Made by a program: the position numbers and the translations under genes. The notes below the pieces were generated by a model that saw only the letters and a program-made list of their open reading frames with translations, was not told the origin of the DNA and searched no databases. Source: Malacoraja senta (taxonomy: Eukaryota). From it: a stretch of DNA of 64,000 bases. Shown piece after piece: positions 24,858 to 36,129 of this stretch. Positions within the stretch are counted from its first letter, which is position 1. Every line of letters starts with the position of its first letter. The DNA is taken from positions 9,176,001-9,240,000 of the forward strand of contig CM075980.1 of assembly GCA_038087875.1 (NCBI GenBank), written 5' to 3'.

Positions 24858-26213
24858 GTATGCATGTGTTGCTATTTTAATCGATTCTTGCTTGTGCTGT
24901 CAGTAGTCAGAAGAATCAGGACTGCTCTCTAATGCTGAAAAATAATAATTTGCCACATACATAGCTTTGCTTGTCATTCTGTAATTTTCCTTCTGGCCAA
25001 TAACTGCAATCAATGGGATTGCATATGATTTTTCAGATATGCGGTATTTGATGATAGTGTGTGAGCACTTTCGGGCCCGAGTCTCTGGTGCTGTGAGGGG
25101 CGGCTCTGCTGACGGTTCTCAGAGGCCAATTGGGCTGCAGGTCTGCGCATTTTTGTAGTGGGATGGGGGCATGGCCCGACGTTCGGGGGAAACCCATGCT
25201 GTTCAAATGTCTTTGTGTTCAAAATGTGGGATGAAAGATAGAATCACTGTTGTCGTTCTAACCTACACACAGTGGTAGTTTTAACCTACACACCCTAGTG
25301 TGTAGGTTCAAAATGTGGGAGGAAAGATAGAACCACTGTTGTAGTTCCATAACACACACTGAATTGTCCCTAGTGTGTAGGATAGAGTTAGTATACGGGG
25401 TGATTGCTGGTCGGCGTTGACTCAGTGTTTCCATTCTGTATCTCTAAGCTAAAATAGATCACAAAACACTATTGAAATGTATAAGTCTCCAAAGTATTCA
25501 AAATGCTTTTAGTACAGTAGTAAGGACAGTAGAAGAAACAGAGGAGCATCAATGTACAGCACCTGTATCTCTAAAACTATACTAAACCAAGGATCGCCCC
25601 ATCCACCTAGTGGTCACTGCGTGAAACAACGAACTGGGTCCACAACATATTCGGTCCGCTATAACCGGTCTGTTATAAAGGCATCCTTTATTTTGACGGT
25701 TTACAGTGTGAAATTTTGTTTGATGCTTGACTGCCCATTCTGCAGCCTTTGAATTACTCACATGTTTACCATTGTTACAACTTTGGTGTCAAATGCAAAT
25801 TCAGAAATGTGATCCTGTATAACCTTGTCTTAATTACTAATATACCTTTTTAAATTGTAATGGACAAACCATCCACAACCTACTGATCATTGGTTTCAAC
25901 TCTCTGCTCTCATTTAATCTGATTTTCTATTTTTAATTTAATACAGAGATATGTGAAGTGATACACTTTGGCAGAAGGAAAAAGCAGAGACAATCCAATT
26001 AAAGTGCCACAGTTTGAAAGTGTGTTTTTATTCCTCTTCTGTTATTGGTCCTTTAAATCCAAATCCTTCTATTTTGCTAACATAGAACTCGTATCAAAAT
26101 CCTACTACAAATTCATGTGGATTGCATTTCTTTTGTCCACTTTTTGTATTAGTTTACAAAACATTCTGTCAGGTTAAGTGAACAAATTCACCTTTAACAA
26201 AGTCACGCTAGTT

Positions 26214-26325
26214 CTCTTATATGATGTCAAAATGGTGTTAATGCTGATTAATATATTCCCTAATATTTATTTCCCTCTTATATGATGTCAAAATGGTGTT
26301 AATGCTGATTAATATATTCCCTAAT
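26214..26325 (+). repeat. Short tandem duplication (period 61 bp)
   Basis: CTCTTATATGATGTCAAAATGGTGTTAATGCTGATTAATATATTCCCTAAT occurs twice. Confidence 0.9.
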
Positions 26326-26449
26326 TATTATTTATTCCCCCCCCCCCTTGTGGGAATGTACTGAAAAGATCTACTACTTAAAGGGCATCCACAGTTCCAT
26401 CACAGTGTTATATATCAATATATTGTTCCATTTGTTTTCCTGCTCTGGT

Positions 26450-27360
26450 TCCATTTAAGTTGGCCCATAATATCTGTGCTGAACATGATGCCAAGATAAA
26501 CTAATCTCATCTGCCTGCATATGAACCACATCCCTCCATTCTCTGCATATCCATGTGCCTGTGTAAAAACTTTCTAAATGCCACTATCATATCTGCCTCC
26601 AGCACCACCCTAGCAGCAGGTTTCAGACACCCACCACCCTCTGTAAACAACTTGCCTTGCGCATCTGCTTTACACTTTGCCCCGCTCACCTTAAAGCCAT
26701 GCTCTCTCATCTTTCCAATGATTCATTACCCACTGCAAGAAGATATTCTCTACATCACCCTTTTAAATGATTGGCCCCTTATCTGGAAACTATATTCCCC
26801 TGTTTGAGATTCACCCACGAGTGAAAACACCTTGACATCTACTCAGTCATACCCTCTTAGGACCTTGTTCGTTTTCATAACATCACCCCTCTTTCTTTTA
26901 AACTCCAAAGAATGCAGGCCCCAAATGTTTAACCATTATTGATGCAAAATCTCCTCATCCCAGGAATTGGCCTGCTGAATTTCTTTTGAACTGCCTCTCA
27001 TCCCACTATATTATTTCTTAGGTAAGCGGTCCATTATTGTATGTAGAATTCCGGATGTGGCCTTTACAGTTGCAACAATAACTTCCTATTTCTGAACTCC
27101 ACTTTCTCTGCAATAAGGCCAATGTGCCATTTGATGAACAACTTGCTCCACCTGCCTGCTAACATTTTGTAATCAATGCATAAGAAGACTTAGATCCCTA
27201 TTTCAATCATTTACAGTTTATTTCCATTTGGATAACCTGCCTTTTGATTCCTCTTTATAAAGTGCACAACCTCACATTTTCCGTATTAAACTCCATTTGG
27301 CAAGTTTCTGCCCACTTACTCAATTTAACCATATCTCATTGAAAAGTTATGATATCCTCA
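26450..27360 (-). mobile_element. CR1 LINE fragments
   Basis: Diverged reverse-strand CR1 ORF2 and 3' UTR sequence. Confidence 0.7.
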
Positions 27361-27565
27361 TTACAACTTGCCTTAGGAGCAAATGTATGGGTAAATCTCG
27401 CACTGTTATGACTTGAAATTTATCAGCGTTACAAGACTTGTTTGTGAACTTTATTTTTAAAGTAGTTACATTCTGAATTTGATTGTGGGCATTGAACTCT
27501 GTTTCGAGTGTTTTGTGGTTTGTTGCAGTCCTGTGTAATGCTGACCAGTTTGGTCTCCTTTTCAG

Positions 27566-27713
27566 TCCGGCATCTGCTGCGTCTCCAGTGGGTGGGCTTA
27601 CCTCTCAGCGCGGCACTCCAAACCAACAACAGGCACGCATATCTGCATCCTCAGCAACCCGTGAACTTGATGAATTAATGGAATCACTCTCTGAGTTCAA
27701 GGTTCACGGCAAT
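27566..27713 (+). CDS. PXN: Paxillin exon 6 (LD4)
   Basis: Acceptor ctccttttcag; ...QQQARISASSATRELDELMESLSEFKVHGN; donor AAT|gtgagt, with a weaker in-frame alternative AAG|gttcac after 27701. Confidence 0.94.
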
Positions 27714-28695
27714 GTGAGTGCAATCAGATTTTTGCCTTTATCTGAGCCCATTAATTGAAATCACGAGCCCGATGAAAGCATTTGCCTCATTGGCAACTGT
27801 GCATTTATCTATGCTGCTAAGGTGGTGTAACAAGCAGGAAATGCTTCTTGTCAAAGAAATGGGAAAGTGGTCAGGAAAATAATCTTGGAGAAAATATCTG
27901 AAATTAGTCTTGTGTGGTTATTTACTGAAGCAAAGTGTTACTAAAATACTATATGAAAAATGCACCATCTAGATCTCCCTGTTGGAAAATAGTCAGGAAT
28001 ATTTTACCTTCCTATGAAGAGAATATGTTGGATGCAGAAGCTTCATAAAATTATTGTGTTATAACTGGAGTTCGCATTGGAAAAGTAGTCAATGTATTGG
28101 GTTTTCGTTACTATCTTTATATCAGTGCTTTTTCAAGATTACTATCTGGCTTGAAATCAGATGAACTATTAAAAGTATTTGTATGGGAAATCGTGCTGTA
28201 CTTTTTGCACAGATCACTTTTTTAGATAACGGGGGTAACACAGGTGAGCAAATAGTAAAGAGGGATACCAATAATGCAAATACAGATTGGATGGAAAATG
28301 CATATCAAGAGATGTAAACTTGAGGTGAGATAAATATACTTGTGACATTGGAGTTGTGTGTTGTAGCATGGGATGTGAGCTGTGGGGAAAACAGACATAC
28401 AGTGATCATGTATGAGATATTGATTAATCACAGTTGCCAGTTTGGATGGAATGGGATAGCGTTGGGTGTTGGAGGAATGAATTTGTGCGAGTAGCTGAGA
28501 ATCATGTGCTGGATGGATGATGAATATTAGAGAAATTTGGTTGTTGGTCAGGCAAGGCAGATATTGAATAATAAGATAAATGGAATTGGTATGAAACTGA
28601 AATAAATAATTTAAATCTTTATTTATTTCCTACCTTATTTGTTTTTTTTTATCATTTTTTCTATTCTTTCTGTCACTTTTCCTTCCTCAATTTAG

Positions 28696-29676
28696 GCTGG
28701 TACTATAAGTCCTATAAGTTTTGAATCAGATGAAAAGCAGAAAACATCTACTCCAAATACTCTGCTAGTGTCTGTTCTTACCCAATCTCCCATATCTCCA
28801 CCAACATCTCAGATGCTCTTATCTGTGCCTTACAATTCCCAGATTATTCCTAAAGGTACATGCTTGCCCTCTCCACTACCAAGAACCCACAGTCCTCTGG
28901 AACTGCTGCACATTGACGAGGAGCCTGGTACAGCACAACCATATCTATCTGCATTATCTAATCTTGCAAATTCATCACTTCACCGACCAGTGGTGCATCC
29001 ATCTGTCAATGTAAATTCAAAACTAGACACCAATGTTCCTCTGGCAGGAATGTCACCCTATTTTAAATCTCCAGAGCCATATATCACCACGCTCAGGGAC
29101 GTGCAGAAAACTGGAAATAAAAAAGAATCTATTGACAGTGAAATGCTGTCAAATGCTTTAAATACCGCAAAAAAAGATTCTAAATCCGCACTGACCTCAA
29201 GTCGTGGATTGGAGGATGTTGATAAATCCCTGATTACAGACTTTTCTGGGATCAATGAAGCCTTAGATAAGCTGCTGTCCTTTTACCATGAGGCTGAGCT
29301 AGTTGAGCCCCTGGACACCAAGCAACATGTCCTTGAATCGAAAGTGGCATCTGTGGAGAAACCATCAGTGTGTTTTCCTACGACAGAGCGTTCCTCCTTG
29401 CAATTGGAAACAAATGAGAAACAGAATATTAAACAAGCAGCCAAGCCTCGGGGAGAAAATTCAACAGAATTATCTAGTCCAAAGAAGATGCATGAAAAAG
29501 CAGCGCAACTAACAACACAGCAGCAGCAAGAACAAGGCAGGGAAATGGCAGTGGAACAAAATAAAGTGAACAGTTGTTACAAGTATCATCAAACAAATGA
29601 GAAAGCAGAAGAAGAGAAGTTTGATTTGCCTCCAGTTCAAATACTCACAGTGGAACGGATTTCTGCCTCTCGTCAG
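28696..29676 (+). CDS. PXN: Paxillin long-isoform alternative exon A (327 codons, Ser/Pro/Glu-rich)
   Basis: Very long polypyrimidine tract and tttag acceptor; 981-nt open frame in phase 0; ends TVERISASRQ, resembling the human long-isoform ERISTSGQ (recalled); putative donor CAG|gcaggc. Confidence 0.8.
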
Positions 29677-30669
29677 GCAGGCAGAAAGCTTGAATGTTGA
29701 ATGCTTTGTAGAGATTTGCTGCATGAACACCTTTGCATGGTCAGGAGAGCAATAAATACAATGTTTAAAATACTGTTGCCAGCTTTATACATCTAACAAT
29801 ACCCATTTTAATGGCATTATTGGTAGATATTTTGTGGAAGTGGCGGTGTGATGAACACTGAAGTGATTGCAGTACTTTCTAATCTCATTAATAAGGCAAA
29901 GTCTGTTGACACTGACACTTTTAATTATTACCATGGACCGCCTGATATGCACTCTGGAACAGGCTATATATATATATATATTCTTGGCACTAGGACATAT
30001 GGTTCAAAAGGCAGAAAAAGCATTTCTCAGTGCAAGTTAAATTATTTGGCACCATTTGATTGTAATTATGCACTTTATGGGAAGCAGACAAATAAAAAAC
30101 CTTGTATAATGCACAAGATCTGACCTCAGGAGGCCCATTGACATCATGCCAGAGATCACTTTGATATGCCATTGGCTCCCCTCAAATTGCATCTTTTGGA
30201 TTTGTTTCCAAGCCAGTATGTTGTGGAATTCATAACATCCTAGCCTTTAACAGGATTTGATTAGAAGGGTAAAACACAAAGTGCTGGAGGAGTTCAGTGG
30301 GTCAGGCAGCACCTATGGAGGGATTGGACAGACGGCGTTTTGGGTCAGGAACTTCTTCAGACCCTTCTTGATTAGAAGGGTTGTCATTATATTAAGAGAA
30401 ATGGAAGAGTTACGCCATAAGAGCCTTTTTGCCTGGACCTTAATACCTTCATAGCTGCCTCACGTTTATGTGCATTAACACTAAAAAATGTGCACCTTTT
30501 CTGTGAACTTGTACAGCATCGTACATGGAAATTTTCCAATTTAACTTGAGACTGCATGATAACTGATTTGTTGAGTGAAATTACTGCATGTGAAAGGTGT
30601 ATCGGTGTAAGTGCTTCTTGTTTGCTCTCAGATCTGTGGTTTCACTATGCAATCTTCCCTGTGGTGCAG

Positions 30670-30933
30670 ATGAAATCTCTTATTAAGAGGACAAAGCATT
30701 CTATGAACGTGCACCCGATGTACCGTGAGGACTTACCACGTCGAAAGTTTGGACCCGTCATATTTAACAAAAACGTGTCACAAGATAGACTTATTGAAGA
30801 ACTGCACAGCAAGCTAGGAATTGAGAAGAAGGAACCCAAGAATAGAAAAGTAGATGACTGGCTGACAGAGGGGTTGATCATCACCTCAATGCCTGTCAGG
30901 AAACATCAGGAAGGAGGTCATATTGTTGAGAAG
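30670..30933 (+). CDS. PXN: Paxillin long-isoform alternative exon B (88 codons)
   Basis: Acceptor gtgcag; MKSLIKRTK..VHPMYRE..SQDRLIEELHSKLGI..DWLTEGLIIT..GGHIVEK resembles the human long-isoform HPMSRE..SQERLIAELQGRLGI..DWLTEGV (recalled); donor AAG|gtagct. Confidence 0.88.
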
Positions 30934-31934
30934 GTAGCTAGGGGAAAGCATGAACTGTTGTTACAAAGAATTGCATGAAGATTTGATGCAAAAAGAAAAC
31001 CTATCTTAATAACTACTGCATGGATTGTTTAACACTTTTTCAAGATTCTAATCTTTAGGTTCAGTTGGCAATGCTCTAGCTTGAACAGGAATGAGCCCAT
31101 TGCAATTAAGCTGAAATATTGGCTACTATGAGATTATTTGCTTCAGAAAGATAGAAAGTAGAGAATGTTGTGCTTGATTTGATGGTAATCGTGCTGTGTC
31201 ATTGTAGCTACACTTGGATTGTATCGTTGTGCTCACCCATGGATGTATGTAGACTGCAGTTGGGGCGAATTGCAGATGTTTCTCGTCACTTTGTGCTACT
31301 CATTGCTCTCACAAGTTTAAGTTTCCCATTTTGCAAAAGTGCATAACAAGTTTTGGAGCATGTTTTTAGGGGATTGTGACACTTTGTGATATTTTGTGGG
31401 TTTGCTTAAAGGTTGTCCAGTTTATTTGTATTGTTGCGTGGTCTGCATGCATATTTCAATTATTTTGTTATTTTGGAGACATTAGCTCTGCGTAATTGTT
31501 TGCAGCTAATGTCCACATATTGGATATATGTGGCATAAAATTGGTGATTATGCATCCATCATTTTCCATAGTAATAATTAGATTTTAAGTTTTTTGTTCT
31601 GTCAATCTATGACATGCCAAGGTTTTGCCATTGGCTGGAAAGCTAAAACTAACCTTTGTTTGCAAATGACGCAGCTAAATGGTCCATAAGATCTGACTGC
31701 CCTTGCGCTATCAATTATAACTTGTGTTTGAAGATTGCAGTAAGCTTTAAGATTTCTCTGATTGTACATTGCACATTCCTTGAGTGTTGCTGAGCTCTGA
31801 TTCCCCCCCCCCCCCCCATCAAACCGTTTGCCCAATAGCTTAAAGCATGATGCACTTTGGCCTGTATAAATAAAAAAATATCCCTTAAGTATGTCAGCTT
31901 CTTAAAACTAAAGCTGCTGTATGTTTCTCTCCAG

Positions 31935-32567
31935 ATAATAATCACTCCAGAACCTCCTTCTTCAAAGGGTTCTACTCCATCACCCTGTCCTCCTTCACCC
32001 TCTCCCCCTATAAAACAGTGCCAAGAACAAAAGAAAAAAGGACTGATAGACGTCACACTTACACCACCTCCACCTGAGCGTTTCCCACCCTCACTTGCTG
32101 TACCTTCACCACCTCCCCTTCCTGTGCCTTTCCCACCTCCTCTCCCTGAACCTTCCCCAGCCCCTCTCTCTAAGCCTTCTCTGCCGCCTCTCCCTGAGCC
32201 TTCCCTCCCTCCTCCCCCTCTACCTCGCCCACCACCTCTACTTCTGCCCTCCTCATCAACTGCTTCCTCCCCATTATCTTCCATTCGCCTAGGATCTCAT
32301 TCTGCACCTCAGTGGAATATTTCATCTGATAAAAATGAAAAACTGCCTGTCCTTCCAACAGCAGTTCTTGCCCCCGTGACCCCATTAGAATACACTTCGC
32401 TACCAGAACACCATCCACGTTCCTCCTCTCTACCTGTCGTACAGACCACTGTTGTACGCGCTGAGCCTCTGCCATCTCTATCTGCATCTCCCAGAATCAT
32501 GATGTCAATAGCTTGTCAAACCGATGGTGAAGTCAGTGATGAAGGCACTCTACTTGTTCGATCACAG
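31935..32567 (+). CDS. PXN: Paxillin long-isoform alternative exon C (211 codons, proline-rich)
   Basis: Acceptor tttctctccag; phase 0; polyproline repeats followed by MMSIACQTD (human MRSVGCQTD, recalled); putative donor CAG|gcatgg, after which the sequence becomes AT-rich intron. Confidence 0.8.
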
Positions 32568-34055
32568 GCATGGAGTATTCTATCTTTAATATTTATAATT
32601 TTTGAAATCTATTTCATTTATAAAATAATCCTGAAGTTTCATCTTCATTTTCATATCCTTTGTGTACTTTGCTCAGTTTGGAACTACATAATCTTTTTAA
32701 ATAAGAAAATACTTGTAAGTATCCTGACATGTAGAATTGTTGCAGAAGGACATTTCTCTATGTTTAACTATAATTCCAGCATGAAACTATTGACCCATTT
32801 TGATGTTCACTTGCCACTATTATGCAGATCACCATGGATTATGATGACTGCCGTGGTAAGTGTAATTAAACTTGACTGTTGGCAGGAAATTTACATATTG
32901 ATTATGTGTAAAAGGGAGCTGGCTGCTTTCAGTCTAAATGTGCCAATAAAGAGTATAGTTATATATATTTTTGAAGGTCAGAATAGAATTTGCTTGAGTT
33001 GGATTCCTTGATTGCCCAATAAATTGCATCGTATTACATAGTAATATACTCGCAACAATGAGAGGCCCAGATGTGATCCTTGAGTTTCTGATTTACATCA
33101 ATGTATTAGATTCAAATGTTAGTCAACTTTGAAGTTATTTCACTAGCTATTCATTTAAGATGTTACATGAAAGTACATATTGGCTCTAATAATCTTTAAC
33201 TACAAGTGTCAGTTAGTAAAGGCACAGCTGGTGGTAGTTATCAGATAAAACGGTCAATATAATCATTTTTTAATAACAAATCTGTATGTTTGCCATCCCT
33301 GAGGAAAAAAGTACCCAGCATCTGAAATTAATGATTTGGTGCATGGAACAATTACATTAAAAAATTGTTAAATGCATTAAATACACTTAGTAGGGTACAC
33401 TAAGTATTGTTTTGTTTGATATAAAATTACATTATCAAGCTATTTGTTTTATGAAATACTTTCCTCACAATCTAACTGCTGCATGTTGATATTTAATACT
33501 GTAGATTTCTGTCAATGGGCGTATAGTTTTCTTCTCAAAAGCTCATATGTCTGTTTGTACACAGAAGTTGCGTGTTTGTTGCAATTTTCATTTTCTCTGA
33601 AGGTATGTGCAGTGCTTATCCGTCTTTCAAGAAGTCAGGTACTCATTGTTCTCTGCATGCTGCTTCAGTTGTCAAACTAGAGTCAGCTATTAGTACTATT
33701 ACTTAATTTCTTGGACGTGGACCTTGTACAGTACAGTACTTAATTTCTTGGATGTGGACCTGGCGATCAATAGAATGGGCCATTCGCAGTCTCAAATCTT
33801 TCTTCATTCATTCTGTTTATCGCTTGAAAACCATAATCTTTTCTATTTAATATTAAAAATGAACTTGAAATGGAACGTGCTTCAAGTTTTGGAAACCTGT
33901 ATATGCCATAGAATGCCCTTGCAGATTTATCTGCAAAAAGATGCAATGCAGATGTTGTTTGGAATGAAGCTTACAATGGTTACTGATTTGTTTTGAGTTA
34001 CTATATCATAACTACCTGCACAATCAAATAACTATCAAAAATAAGTCATTACATG

Positions 34056-34281
34056 TGTAGGAAAGACCTGCAGTTGCTGGTTTAAATTGAAGATAGACAC
34101 AAATGCTGGAGTAACTCAGCAGGACAGGCAGCATCTCTGGAGAGAAGAAATGGGTGACGTTTCTGGTCGAGACCAATCTTTGGTCGCTCCAGTCTAAAAA
34201 AGGGCGGGTCCCGAAACATCACCCATTCTTTCTCTCCAGAGATGCTGCCTGTCCCGCTGAGTTATTCCAGCATTTTGTGTC
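34056..34281. mobile_element. Inverted pair of Penelope-derived short elements
   Basis: Two oppositely oriented copies flanked by a 14-bp repeat TAAGTCATTACATG (34042-34055 and 34282-34295). Confidence 0.8.
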
Positions 34282-35603
34282 TAAGTCATTACATGATAAT
34301 TTGGTACATCTAGGTAATAGTCTGGGAGACCACTCATTGATTAAATAATTCTGAAGGGCAGAGGCAAAGAGGTGATCAAATTCCTAAGAGCAGCAAGTAT
34401 TGGATGCAGATTTTTTACAGTTTTATCCCATGCATGAAATTTTTTGGGGGGTTTTGTTTTGTATCTATATATTATACTTGAATTATTGAAAGATATTGAG
34501 AAAATTATATTGCTTTTCTTGTAGGTTGATTTGAGATCAGCCAGAAATTAGATGTGTACTACTTCAGAAGCTATGTTTTTTTTTACCAACAGCAAAAAAT
34601 CCTTAAAAGATTTAAAGGTAAATTAATGTTAACTTTGAAGTATCATATTGGTTGCATCAAATTAGTTGAAAGCTTTTGAAGATTATTGGGAAAAGGGAAT
34701 GATTAGGAATGGAATGAGTAGCAACCTGTGTGAATTACAAATTTCAAATGAGCAGAGGTTAGAAGATTAAAGTTGGGAAAGATGGTGGTAGCTGAGTAGG
34801 AGAAGTAGGATGTACAAAACCTAACAAGAAGATGAGAATTTGATCATTATATTGTGGGGTTTGTTTCTTTCTGATTCCAGCCACAGTAAGAATGAACCAT
34901 GTTGAATTATGTACACTGCTTGGTATTTAATTCCCTGTGAACCAAATTTGTGTGTTTTAAGTACTGAACTGGCAAAGTCATCAGCATGGAACAAACTCAG
35001 TCTTGAGCTCCATTTCAGTGAGGTCACGTGACTGTACAGCTGGTGGTTGGACACATAGCCCACGGGTGCTAATGACGTGTCTGTTCAACATTAAAATGTG
35101 CTGAATGTTAACCGGTGTGGGATGCTGGTTAATTTATCCGTCGTAAGCCCAAGCAAAGAGAATGCCGTTTAAAAAAATGTTAGGGCAGAACTTTGTCACT
35201 GTAACTGCAATTGGAAATGTTAAATACTACCAACAAAGAACTAATTACCTTTACTTTGATAATCTTGGTTAACATATAAAAAATAATTTTTCAGTTAATT
35301 CGGAGCTACATGGGAGTATGTTATACAATTTCCTTGTATTGTAGATAGAGTCTCGACCTGAAACGTCACACATTCCTTCTCTCCAGAGATGCTGCCTGTT
35401 ACTCCAGTTTTTTGTATCTATCTTCGGTTTAAACCAGCATCTGCAGTTCCTTCTTACACATTCCTTGTATTATAGATGTGCTACTGTTCCCTTCAATATG
35501 TTTTGCATGTTTGATTTTTTTTTACTCTACCTGTTTCTATAGTTTTCTCAAACTTTTTTCATTCTGTTTATTACATTTGTCTCTCCTGTTGAATCATTTT
35601 TAG

Positions 35604-35672
35604 CCAATCAGCCCAGGTCGTGCTACCAAACTGCTGGGTTCCCCATTGCATAAAGGAGATCATCTGGGACTG
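35604..35672 (+). CDS. Candidate 69-nt in-frame exon (PISPGRATKLLGSPLHKGDHLGL) at the position of the beta/gamma insert
   Basis: Long pyrimidine-rich run ending ttttag; 23 codons with no stop; weak donor CTG|gtagat; phase 0/0. Confidence 0.35.
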
Positions 35673-36129
35673 GTAGATCCATTTGCCCTTCCCCCACTGC
35701 CGTGCCCACCCCCTCCTTCATTTTATGGACAACAACAAAAACCAAAAGCAAATGTGTGTATATGAATGAACCAATGGTTCAAATTGAAACAGTAAATGAA
35801 AGCTGTTATCCACAAAGTTTAATATTTCATATGTTCTCTATGATTGCCTTTTTTAAGTAATAGACTGATAATAACAGTAATTACATAAGTGTGGTGTAAT
35901 AATCTGTCAATTTTCTTTGTTCTCAATTGTTAATACTGTGTGATTTTAGGAGAAAAAAATTGGGTTAGATATTTGGATGTCAAGTAAATGAATCACAATT
36001 AAGTGTTTATTATTTTGCCCTGCAGTAATCTCATTACAAGTATTTTGTTTGGTTGCAGTAGGGTAACTTGAATTTTTCTATTATATAATAGTTTCTTAAT
36101 TTCTTTCTAATAAAATGAAGCAAAACAAA

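Noticed and set aside
31715-32284. 189-aa glycine-rich ORF on the minus strand
   Set aside because: Antisense shadow of the proline-rich exon C
32568-33011. Hydrophobic C-terminal extension of the 384-aa ORF, suggesting a membrane-anchored paxillin
   Set aside because: The composition is that of AT-rich intron read-through past the putative GC donor; it would matter only if intron retention were shown
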